NCBI GenBank assembly: GCA_023205875.1
Contig: CP060756.1
Coordinates: 1,240,001 to 1,304,000 of the forward strand
Length of the DNA stretch: 64,000 nt
Direction of reading: 5' to 3'
Source: Chloropicon primus
Taxonomy: Eukaryota
Part shown: positions 11,368 to 20,077 of the stretch, in pieces
Position numbering within the stretch: position 1 is the first letter of the stretch
Layout of the letters: each line of letters opens with the position of its first letter
Translations under genes and position numbers: made by a program
The notes under the pieces: model-generated
Databases searched by the model: none
Seen by the model: the letters and a program-made list of their open reading frames with translations, nothing else
What the model was told of the DNA's origin: nothing

Positions 11368-12495
11368 ATGGAGGTGACGAGGGGAGCGAGCAAGAGGCAG
11401 AGGACGGAGGCCAAGCACGCGTTAGAAGTGCTGCCAGGGAGTGCGTGGTCCCTGGTCTTGAAGAAGCTGAGCCCATACGACCGGGTCACTTTCGGGTTGA
11501 CCTGCAAGACGTTCCTCGAGGCGGTGACGACGGCGAACCCCGAGGAGAAGAAGAAGGCTCTTCCTCTGAGGACGGACCTGACTAACAAAAGGTTGTACGA
11601 GAAGATGCCTTGCTTCAGTTTGGATTGGTTCCAGTGGGTGTTTCGGTCGTTCGAAAGGAGGAAGGGAGAATCGAAAAAGTGGAGAAATGGCGAGTCTTCC
11701 AGCTACTTGTACGACTCTGACCTGATGCACCTCGCCGCTTTCCAGGGCAGCAAGAAGGCGGTGAAGTGGTTGGTGAGCCAAGGGATCCCTTTGGATATCA
11801 AGCACAAGTATTGCCATGGAGTGGGAGCAGCTAGAGGAGCTGCTGCCGGAGGTCATGTTGAGTTGCTCGAATGGTTGAGGAGCGAGGGGTGCGGGTTTGA
11901 TGAAGAGACTTGTTCTGCTGCAGCTTACGGCGGTCGCATTGATGTTCTGCAGTGGCTTCGAAGCCAGGATCCGCCTTGCCCTTGGGATATGTATACTTGT
12001 TGTTATGCAGCTGAAGGAGGTCACCTTGACGTGCTGCAGTGGCTTCGAAGCCAGGACCCGCCTTGTGATTGGGACGAGGAGACTTGTGCTGGTGCAGCTT
12101 CGGGAGGTCACCTTGATGTTCTCAAGTGGGCTCGAAGCCAGGATCCGCCATGCCCCTGGGACGAGGTGACTTGTGAAGGGGCAGCTAGAGGAGGTCCCCT
12201 TGAAATTCTGCAGTGGGCTCGAAGCCAGGATCCGCCTTGCCCTTGGGGCTCGAGGACTTGTTTTGTTGCAGCTCATGGAGGTCACCTTCACATTCTCCAG
12301 TGGGCTCGAAGCCAGGATCCGCCTTGTGATTGGCACGAGTTGGCTTCTTTGGCGGCAGCTGCAGGAGGTCACCTTGACGTTCTGCAGTGGCTTCGAAGCC
12401 AGAATCCGCCTTGCCCTTGGAACCCAGAGGAATGCAAAAGATACGCAGCGAATCGTCACCCGAAAGTCCTCAAGTGGATCCAGGAGAACTCTTAA
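11368..12495 (+). CDS. F-box-like + ankyrin-like tandem repeat protein
   Basis: N-terminal LEVLPGSAWSLVLKKL..YDRVTFGLTCKTF is F-box-like. Six 29-aa (87-bp) repeats of type GGHLDVLQWLRSQDPPCPWD..TC..AA start at 11929, 12016, 12103, 12190, 12277 and 12364. Confidence 0.85.
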   Translation: MEVTRGASKRQRTEAKHALEVLPGSAWSLVLKKLSPYDRVTFGLTCKTFLEAVTTANPEEKKKALPLRTDLTNKRLYEKMPCFSLDWFQWVFRSFERRKGESKKWRNGESSSYLYDSDLMHLAAFQGSKKAVKWLVSQGIPLDIKHKYCHGVGAARGAAAGGHVELLEWLRSEGCGFDEETCSAAAYGGRIDVLQWLRSQDPPCPWDMYTCCYAAEGGHLDVLQWLRSQDPPCDWDEETCAGAASGGHLDVLKWARSQDPPCPWDEVTCEGAARGGPLEILQWARSQDPPCPWGSRTCFVAAHGGHLHILQWARSQDPPCDWHELASLAAAAGGHLDVLQWLRSQNPPCPWNPEECKRYAANRHPKVLKWIQENS

Positions 12496-12611
12496 CAACA
12501 CAAATGAATCGCTTGTCACGTTGCATTTGCGCCCTCTTCCTCTTCTCGCTCAAGCAGGCCCCGCCCTCCCCTCTCCCTCTTCTGACTCCCGCGCAGAAAC
12601 CAAAAAAATTG

Positions 12612-12721
12612 TCATAACGGGCGAGCACAAGGGCGAACGAGGAGACGAGAGAGAGAGAGGAACAAACGAAGAGGACGGGAGCGCGCGTCGGAGGAAGAGA
12701 GAGAAGAGGAGGACAGGAAAG
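12612..12721 (+). repeat. Right copy of the ~110-bp imperfect direct repeat (left copy 10966-11080)
   Basis: Aligned by eye to 10966-11080. Confidence 0.85.
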
Positions 12722-12949
12722 TCGTCGTCGTGCGCGAATACATAGTTTTACATGGCAAGCAGTCTGCTTTTTTAGAACGATCCGTGTGCATTGCACGTGG
12801 TTGAGTGCAATCACCCGGTCTCCGGTGGGTGTTTTGCAGTCAACCGTGTATATCTTTCGAAGTCGGACAGAGCGATGAAAAATCTCGGGGGTACTACTGC
12901 CCCCCAAAATTAAGGCTTTTCTCTTCTGATGCGGAGGCGCTCTCCGGCC

Positions 12950-14089
12950 TCAAACTTTTTTTAGGTCCATGGGACCCCCCTTGGCCAAGAACGTCGGGTG
13001 CGGCTTGAGCGCCTCCAAGAGGTCTTCCAGCTTCCAGTACTCTCCCAAGTCCGAGTCCCTGTACCACCGGAACGTTCTGGCCAGGCCCTCCTCCCACTCC
13101 ACCTCGGGCTTCCACCCCAACTGCCTGAGCTTCTCGTCCGAGATGAAGTACCTCCTGTCGTTGAAGCACCTGTCCTTCACCAGCTCGATGTGGTCGTCGG
13201 GGTCTAGCTTACATAATTTACAAATGTCCCTCGCCACCTCGATCACCTTCCTCTCCTTCTGCGTTCCAATGTTGTAGATCTGGCCCAGGGCCCCTTGATG
13301 GAGGATGACGTCGTAAGCGGCAGCCACGTCGTCGACATACAGAAAGCTTCTCGTGTTCTCCCCCGTGCCGTGGATCGGGAGCTTCTTGCCCTCGCAGCCC
13401 AGGAGAATGAGCTTCGGAACCAGCTTCTCAGGAAACTGGTGGGGGCCATACACGTTGTTCCCCCTGGTGGTGATGCAAGGCAGGTTATAGGAGTGGAAGT
13501 ACGCCATGACCATCATCTCTGCCCCGGCCTTCGCCGCGGAGTACGGGTTCGTCGGCTCAAGCACGCTCGACTCGCAGTTCGCCTCGCTCCTGCCGAAGCT
13601 CTGCTCCCCGTACACCTCGTCCGTGCTCACGTTCACGAACCTCTTGATTCTCCCCCAAACTCTGCAGACCTCGAGGAGGGAGTGCGTGCCGTACACGTTC
13701 GTCATGGAGAACTCGAGGCTGTTGCCGAAGGAGTTGTCCACGTGGGTCTGGGCAGCAAAGTGGAGCACGGTGTCAATGTCGTGGGCCTCCAGCGTAGACC
13801 GCAGCCCCTCGCAGGACAGGATATCCCCCTCGACAAAAAAAAAGTTGGGCCGGTCCATGATGCATTTCAAGTTCTCCAAGCTCCCGCAGTACTCCAGGTT
13901 GTCCAGCACCACCACCTTGTACTCCGGGTACCGCTCGACGAAGCGCCTCGCGACGTGAGAGGCGATAAATCCCGCGCCCCCCGTTATCAGTATAGAAAAG
14001 GGGCGGTAGTCCCCCTCTTGCAAGGCCTGCGGCGACGAGGACAAGCCGCCAGCTCCGTTCCCCGCCGCGCGTCGCTCTCGTTCGAGCAT
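12950..14089 (-). CDS. UDP/dTDP-glucose 4,6-dehydratase (stand-alone RHM N-terminal domain)
   Basis: ITGGAGFIA Rossmann motif, HFAAQTHVDNSFGNS, STDEVYG, YSAAK and NVYGPHQFPEKL. Confidence 0.93.
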   Translation of the reverse strand: MLERERRAAGNGAGGLSSSPQALQEGDYRPFSILITGGAGFIASHVARRFVERYPEYKVVVLDNLEYCGSLENLKCIMDRPNFFFVEGDILSCEGLRSTLEAHDIDTVLHFAAQTHVDNSFGNSLEFSMTNVYGTHSLLEVCRVWGRIKRFVNVSTDEVYGEQSFGRSEANCESSVLEPTNPYSAAKAGAEMMVMAYFHSYNLPCITTRGNNVYGPHQFPEKLVPKLILLGCEGKKLPIHGTGENTRSFLYVDDVAAAYDVILHQGALGQIYNIGTQKERKVIEVARDICKLCKLDPDDHIELVKDRCFNDRRYFISDEKLRQLGWKPEVEWEEGLARTFRWYRDSDLGEYWKLEDLLEALKPHPTFLAKGGPMDLKKV

Positions 14090-14432
14090 GCCTGCGTCCC
14101 AGTGCGTCGTCGTGCTTGCACGCCCGGCTCCCTTCTCTCCCGCACCTCACGGCCTCTCGGGGACTGCACCCGGGCTCACCTTCGGTGCCTTCGCGCGCGC
14201 TCCCCACCTTTCTCTCTGAGTCCCATGATCTTTTGCTTTTCGGACGAAGGAGCAAAGAGCAGAAAGGAGTGAAGGGAGTGCTAGCGTCAGCGTAGCGTAT
14301 TAGGCTCCTACGTATCTGGTTACTCTGGTGAGAATGGTGGTTCCGGCTTGCTTTTGCCTGTGCCTGTTGAAGCCAAGAGCCAAAAGGAGCTGCGAAGTGA
14401 TGCTTAATGCACTGAAGTATTTACATGCGCGC

Positions 14433-17400
14433 TTAGTTCTCAGGGGCTCCCTCAATCTCGATCTCCACGGCGGGAGTGGGTTGAGATGACTTTGATCTCT
14501 TCGCGGTCCTCCTCCTCTTGAGGTGGAGCTCGGCCAGAACATCGTAGTCGTCAGGGAACAAGTGCAGCTTCACTGCGCGGTCGATGAACCTCCAGCCGAA
14601 GGCCACGCAGTAGCACAGGAGGAGCTGCAGCCAAAAGGACGGCGAAGCATACAAAACCTTCGCGATGCCACCGTACTCCGGCTGCGGGTAATTGAAAGCG
14701 TTCAACAGCGCCTCCCACAGGGGGACAAAGACGAATGCCAGGACATAACTCAATACCGTTGCGACGACGAATATCCACGTCCAGGACTTGGAAAGCATGA
14801 GAATCTCGATGCCTATGATTCCAAGCAGGGCAATAAATATCGTCGTCCCGAGAGAGTAAATATCCTCCGCCCCGTAGACCCCACTAATCGATGTGGAGAA
14901 GTAGGGCACGAAAAAGGCCAATGCGGATGTCATGGTGGACTTCAGAAGAGCCGCCTTCCAAAAATTCCAAGTCGAGAGGGCCCTCGAGTTGTTGTACGTC
15001 TGCGGGTGGTCCATGAGGCTCTTCATCTCTGCGGGCTTGTCCACAGTGGCCAGGATCAGGATCGGCAAGGAGCTCAATACGACGTTGAAAACAGTTGCCT
15101 TGTAGGAGTCGATGATTGCCTGACCCGAGAATCCGCAGAAGAACTGGTAGTAGAAAAACACCAACGCAAAGGAGATGTTCTTGTAAAAGGAGTACTTGAT
15201 GAGGTGAGCGAGGCGGTAGTAAGACAGCTGGCCGTGGACGAGAAGCAGTCTGCCCAGGAACCGAAACTGGCCAATTGCGAAATCTGAGTTGTTCACCGCT
15301 TGCCTTCCCTCCTTTCCCAGTATTCCAATGCCCACGTCCGAGGACTGCAACATCGCGACGTCGTTGGCGCCGTCGCCGATTGCCAGCATTCTGCCGTCCC
15401 AGACTTTCCAAAGCATCTTGTAGTACCATCTAGCAATTTTGGGCATAGGCTGCTTCTCCGAGTACCACTTGGAGTGCGAGAACATCTGGTACTCTTTCAT
15501 GACTCGGACAACGGCAGACTTCTGTGCGGGGCTTGCCCTGCAAATGACAACGCTCGCGCACCTACTCGCAAGCTCGGCAAACACTTTTTCTGTCTCCGTT
15601 CCAAGGACGTGGTCCAAAGTCGGGCCATCAATAACGAACTCCTTCCTGCTGGAGGCATCGAGGTAGCCTGATGTATAGTACTTTGACTGCCCACAGTCCT
15701 TGACAAATTCCTTGAGCTTCTTCTTCGCATCTTTGGTAGAACTCTCGTTGCATATCATGACAGCATCAGAATTCTGTATGAGGTTGCAGGAGATGGCGAT
15801 GCTGATAGCAGTCTCCTGCTTGTCTCCAGTGATCATGAAAACTTTGATGCCCGCATTCGACAGGAGCTGTATCGTTTCTGGAACACCTTCTTGAAGCTTG
15901 TCCTCGATCGCAGTAATTCCCAACAAATTGAGATCCACTTCAAGCTCCTGCGCGCAGGATGCTACTCTGCTGTCCCTATCGTCGATGCACGCTGCAGCCT
16001 CTTGATACTTCTCGTCCCACTCCTCCCAGTACTCCTCTTCAAGAACTTTGCTTGCCACGCACAGAGTTCTCAGGCCCTGGCAGGCAAAGTTGGAGAGGCT
16101 CTCGTGCGTAGATTCCACGAGGGCGTCGCCATCTGGCAAGAACTTGTAGTTTCTCAAGCACGACATGATGGCACTGTCTGCTCCTTTGCAAAACAGTCTG
16201 ATCACGCCATCGGGACCTCTTGCAACCACAGACATTTTCCGCCTCTCGCTTGTGAACTCAAGGACGTTCAAGACCTCAAAAGTGAACTCCCGCCCATGGA
16301 ACGCCAACTTCACGTGTTTCGAGCTCCTCTGAAGGAACTCGAAGCCTAGCTGCTGTGCGGCCTCGACAAGGGCAACTTCGTCGGGCGAGGGACCCTGGAA
16401 GGAGGGTTTGTCCTCGCTTCCTTCCACGATCAGGGAGTGACAAATGCATATGGAGAGAAAGAACTCGTACAAGATCGTACCCAACTTCTCGTAATCGATG
16501 CTCTCTTGCCCGTCCCTCTCTCTCGTTACTGTGACATAGTCGTACTTTGAATTCCCTTCCGAAGGAAGATCGGGGTCAACCGCTCTCTGATAATCCAGTG
16601 ACTTTGCCAAGTGACTGTCGAAGAATTCCAATGCCTCCCTGCCTTGCAACTCTGGTCTCAATTCGAGGCGCCTGTCTTTCGATCCAAAGCTGAGGCCTCC
16701 GATGCCGACCGCTCTGAGCCTCATTTCATTCGAAGTGAGCGTCCCAGTCTTGTCACTGAAGACGAAGTTGATCTTCCCAAGATCCTCTACGACGTTCGAG
16801 TTCCTTGATCTCGCTGCTTCGTCGGTCAGGGGGTCGACCATCTCCTTGTCCTGGTTGATGTACACAAAAGTCTGCCAAAACTTCACGATCTCGTTGCTGA
16901 CAAACAGACTGATGGGAATCATGAAGGAGTAGAGAATCCAATTGGTGAGCACGCTGAGCACAACAAAGACAAACGGATTCTCGTTGTTCGAATCCCAGTT
17001 GTGACTGTCCATTGCAAGGTAGTATCTGAACATCCCCTGATCTTCTCTCCACAGCAGTGCGCCTATCGCACACCCGACGCAGACGCTGAACTGCAAGAAA
17101 AGAAGCAGAATGATTTGCGTGTTGAGGTAGGATTCGAACGAACCCAACTTGAAGGGAACGTTGCGGTTGTTCATCTGGATTCTCGTCTCCCTTCCCGTGT
17201 AAACGACCAAGCCCAGGACAAACCCAGAGTTCTTCAGCATGCAACCCCGAAGGAGCATCTCATTCATGGTGATGGGGACAACTTGATCCTCTCCGCTGTC
17301 CTCGACCCCCGCGGCGGACCGATCGCACTCCACAAACCCGCAGATGTTCTGCAAGTTCTCCGAAGGTTGCTCCACGTGAACGGTGGCCTTGATCTTGAAG

Positions 17401-18680
17401 ATGGAAGTCATCCACTCAATGGGCATAAACTCCTTCCGGTACGTCGCCGGGGACGTCAGCGGTGGGCTGGAAGGTCCCTCGCTCTCGTCCTCCTGAGTAA
17501 CGGACTCGTCGGAGCGGCCCGAGTGGTAGTCGAGGTCGTGTCCATCCTCGTCGAGCAAGGTGACTGGCCTCTTGATCTTCAGGTTCGATTCCCCGTCCAA
17601 ATTCGCTGTCTTCACGAAGCAGACCTGGTCGGGGAGGGCCGTGTGCAAGCACAGCAAGTCCGCCGGAATCAGATCCCCGTCGTTCACCTGAACAATGTCT
17701 CCCACCTTGACCTGTCGCCACTCCTTCTCAGAGAACGAGCCGTCCGGCTGGATGACGTGCGTGAGGCTCGTGTTAGTCCTCAGGTCCGCTTGGTGCCTCT
17801 TCCTGTCCTCGATGATCTCCTTGACCGCGGCCACGAGGAGCACGAACGCCAGACCGGCCGTGGGCCCCCAAGGCTTGTAGGGCGAGATCGCCTGCCAGAA
17901 GGTCAACGCGGCCTGGAAGAGGAAGTAGAGGTAGGCCACCCTGGAGAACATTTTAAATAAGAAGATCGGCAGGAAGCTGAAGACGTTGTACTTGGCCGTG
18001 ATGATGGCGTTGCTGCAGTACGCGTCGTCCGGGATGTAATTCGGTATCCCGATCTCTATGCACCTGGCACCATCCTCCGCCTCGTCCTCGTCCTCGCGAG
18101 GGGAAGGGAACGAGAAGATGGACCTCTGGCTCCCCGCGGGGGGAGCCCGCGGGTCGTCGCCCTGAGAAGGCTCCTTCCGCTCCGCCGTAAGTGCCCTCTC
18201 GAAGGAGTAACGCCCCGTCTTCGTCTTCGTGGGCGACCACAAGGCAGCGCTCCGGGAGGTCTCCAGCTGCGTGGACAGAAACACGTCCTCCGCGGCGCGC
18301 TCCAGGGGGTTCACGCTCTGGCGCCTGTAGTGCCCGGGCCTCTCCGTCGTCCCCAGGATCAGGCTCGGCCGGCTCAGCTCCATCTTGTTGTAGCTCGAGG
18401 TCCTTTGTATCACGTCGAACTGCTCCACGGACAGGTGGCGGGTGTGCGACCTCGCCGAGCAGAGATCGTCGTGCGAGAGAGTCGGGGTGGCCGGATCCCC
18501 CTCCAGCGCCCCCGGGCTCTCGTGGGTCCCCGGCGAGAACGACCGAGACCGAGACTGGGACTGGGACTGGGACACGCTCGTGCTCGCACTCTCCTCCAGC
18601 ATCCTCCTGAACGACTCCGAGGGGTTGTCCACGTCCACCTCCACCTCCTTCCCGATCCCCTTCACCTTCTTCCCCGTCAT
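14433..18680 (-). CDS. P4-type ATPase, phospholipid flippase (ALA family)
   Basis: LDGESNLK, IPISL, phosphorylation site DKTGTLT, SPDEVALV, TGDKQETA, GDGANDV, FYKN and a C-terminal TM bundle. Confidence 0.96.
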   Translation of the reverse strand: MTGKKVKGIGKEVEVDVDNPSESFRRMLEESASTSVSQSQSQSRSRSFSPGTHESPGALEGDPATPTLSHDDLCSARSHTRHLSVEQFDVIQRTSSYNKMELSRPSLILGTTERPGHYRRQSVNPLERAAEDVFLSTQLETSRSAALWSPTKTKTGRYSFERALTAERKEPSQGDDPRAPPAGSQRSIFSFPSPREDEDEAEDGARCIEIGIPNYIPDDAYCSNAIITAKYNVFSFLPIFLFKMFSRVAYLYFLFQAALTFWQAISPYKPWGPTAGLAFVLLVAAVKEIIEDRKRHQADLRTNTSLTHVIQPDGSFSEKEWRQVKVGDIVQVNDGDLIPADLLCLHTALPDQVCFVKTANLDGESNLKIKRPVTLLDEDGHDLDYHSGRSDESVTQEDESEGPSSPPLTSPATYRKEFMPIEWMTSIFKIKATVHVEQPSENLQNICGFVECDRSAAGVEDSGEDQVVPITMNEMLLRGCMLKNSGFVLGLVVYTGRETRIQMNNRNVPFKLGSFESYLNTQIILLLFLQFSVCVGCAIGALLWREDQGMFRYYLAMDSHNWDSNNENPFVFVVLSVLTNWILYSFMIPISLFVSNEIVKFWQTFVYINQDKEMVDPLTDEAARSRNSNVVEDLGKINFVFSDKTGTLTSNEMRLRAVGIGGLSFGSKDRRLELRPELQGREALEFFDSHLAKSLDYQRAVDPDLPSEGNSKYDYVTVTRERDGQESIDYEKLGTILYEFFLSICICHSLIVEGSEDKPSFQGPSPDEVALVEAAQQLGFEFLQRSSKHVKLAFHGREFTFEVLNVLEFTSERRKMSVVARGPDGVIRLFCKGADSAIMSCLRNYKFLPDGDALVESTHESLSNFACQGLRTLCVASKVLEEEYWEEWDEKYQEAAACIDDRDSRVASCAQELEVDLNLLGITAIEDKLQEGVPETIQLLSNAGIKVFMITGDKQETAISIAISCNLIQNSDAVMICNESSTKDAKKKLKEFVKDCGQSKYYTSGYLDASSRKEFVIDGPTLDHVLGTETEKVFAELASRCASVVICRASPAQKSAVVRVMKEYQMFSHSKWYSEKQPMPKIARWYYKMLWKVWDGRMLAIGDGANDVAMLQSSDVGIGILGKEGRQAVNNSDFAIGQFRFLGRLLLVHGQLSYYRLAHLIKYSFYKNISFALVFFYYQFFCGFSGQAIIDSYKATVFNVVLSSLPILILATVDKPAEMKSLMDHPQTYNNSRALSTWNFWKAALLKSTMTSALAFFVPYFSTSISGVYGAEDIYSLGTTIFIALLGIIGIEILMLSKSWTWIFVVATVLSYVLAFVFVPLWEALLNAFNYPQPEYGGIAKVLYASPSFWLQLLLCYCVAFGWRFIDRAVKLHLFPDDYDVLAELHLKRRRTAKRSKSSQPTPAVEIEIEGAPEN

Positions 18681-19014
18681 TCTCTCTCCCGCAACAACGC
18701 AACAAACGCAACAAACGCAACGGAGCGCTCAACCCCACCGACCAGTAACGCTTGCCCAGCTCTCCTCTCGAGGTCAACGCGAGTAACGCCTTGATTTCAA
18801 ATTTCAGAATCTGAGATTACACTAGGAAAACACAAGGCCAACCGAAGTGAAGTGAAGCCAGATGAAGGAGAAGTGATCGCGGAGTGATCGATTTATCTTT
18901 ATCTTTATCTTTATCATCCTCATGATCGAGGATCGATGATCCTTCTGCTCCTCGGTGAACTCCAGGGCGTTCCGCTCCCATGCGCTCGGTGTCCCCCGAC
19001 GCCCTCCTCATCGC

Positions 19015-19884
19015 TCAGGCGCTTGGCTTGCAGAAGAATCTGCAGGCGTTCCGGTAGGTGTGGCGGGCGACTAACTCCGAGGGGACCTCGATCAAGTGCG
19101 AAACCACGTCGAGGACCGCGAGCAAATTCCCTGGGTGGTTCACGCCCCCGGGAAGCCCGTCGACCGGGGTGGGCCGGGCGAGGTCCTCCCCCCCCTCCCA
19201 GCCACTGCTCGGGACGCTGCAGAGGGCGTCGGGACTGTCGGTCTCCAGCAGGAGCCTGTCCAGCGGGACGGCTTTGAGGGCGGCCCTCACCCTGTCCCTC
19301 TTGGGCGATCGGAGCACGGACAGCGACACGGAGAAGAAGGCGTTGATCCTCGAAAGGCCCTTCACCACTTCCGCCGGGCCGGCGAAGGAGTGCAGCAGGA
19401 CGCCTCGCGGGAAGGGGCCTTCCTTCTGAAGGAGTTCCGTCATCTTCCCCCAAGCCCTGACGCAGTGCAACGAGACTGGCCTCTCGAGCTCCTTGGCCAG
19501 CCGCAGCTGCTGCGTCAGAATCTCTGCCTGCACCTCCAGGGTGGTGTGACTCACGATTCGCGGCGTCTTGTCCAAGCCGCACTCCCCCAACCCGGCCTCG
19601 GGGTTCCTCTCGAGGGCGCGTCGCAGACCACCGAGCCAGCCCTCGGTCCTACCCTGCAGGAACCAAGGGTGGAGACCAAAGTTCGGCACGACCTGGCCGG
19701 CGTACTCCTCGTGCATCGCCTGCACGTCCCCCCAGTCCGCCTCGCAGCAGCCGTTCACGGCCACGTAGTGCACACCCGCCTCGCTCTTCGCCTTCCTCAA
19801 CAAAACATCCCGATGCTGGTGAACTCGAACGTCCTGCAAGTGGCAGTGCGAGTCGAACAACTTCAACGCTGCTGGGGGACTCAT
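19015..19884 (-). CDS. TatD-family DNase (amidohydrolase fold)
   Basis: FDSHCH, GLHPW, GECGLD, SLHCVRA, LHSFAG and LLLETDSP. Start codon uncertain. Confidence 0.9.
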   Translation of the reverse strand: MSPPAALKLFDSHCHLQDVRVHQHRDVLLRKAKSEAGVHYVAVNGCCEADWGDVQAMHEEYAGQVVPNFGLHPWFLQGRTEGWLGGLRRALERNPEAGLGECGLDKTPRIVSHTTLEVQAEILTQQLRLAKELERPVSLHCVRAWGKMTELLQKEGPFPRGVLLHSFAGPAEVVKGLSRINAFFSVSLSVLRSPKRDRVRAALKAVPLDRLLLETDSPDALCSVPSSGWEGGEDLARPTPVDGLPGGVNHPGNLLAVLDVVSHLIEVPSELVARHTYRNACRFFCKPSA

Positions 19885-20014
19885 CCTACGACGAACGTCC
19901 ACGATCTCCACGCCCACCACCGCATCGGGGTCGCCTCCTCCCCCCGCTGCCAGCACTCGGAGGAGTTCAGTTCCTCAGCGCAGGTCTCCGCGCGCGCGCC
20001 ACCCACAAACCCAA

Positions 20015-20017
<3 letters not shown>

Positions 20018-20046
<29 letters not shown>
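20018..20046. repeat. (GA)n microsatellite in the divergent TatD/AFG1 intergenic region
   Basis: Read directly from the sequence. Confidence 0.95.
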
Positions 20047-20049
<3 letters not shown>

Positions 20050-20077
20050 GATCTCGGCAGGCGGCTTAGAAGACCTT

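Noticed and set aside
11929..12450. CRISPR-like periodicity
   Set aside because: The 87-bp units are in-frame protein-coding repeats in a eukaryote, with no cas genes.
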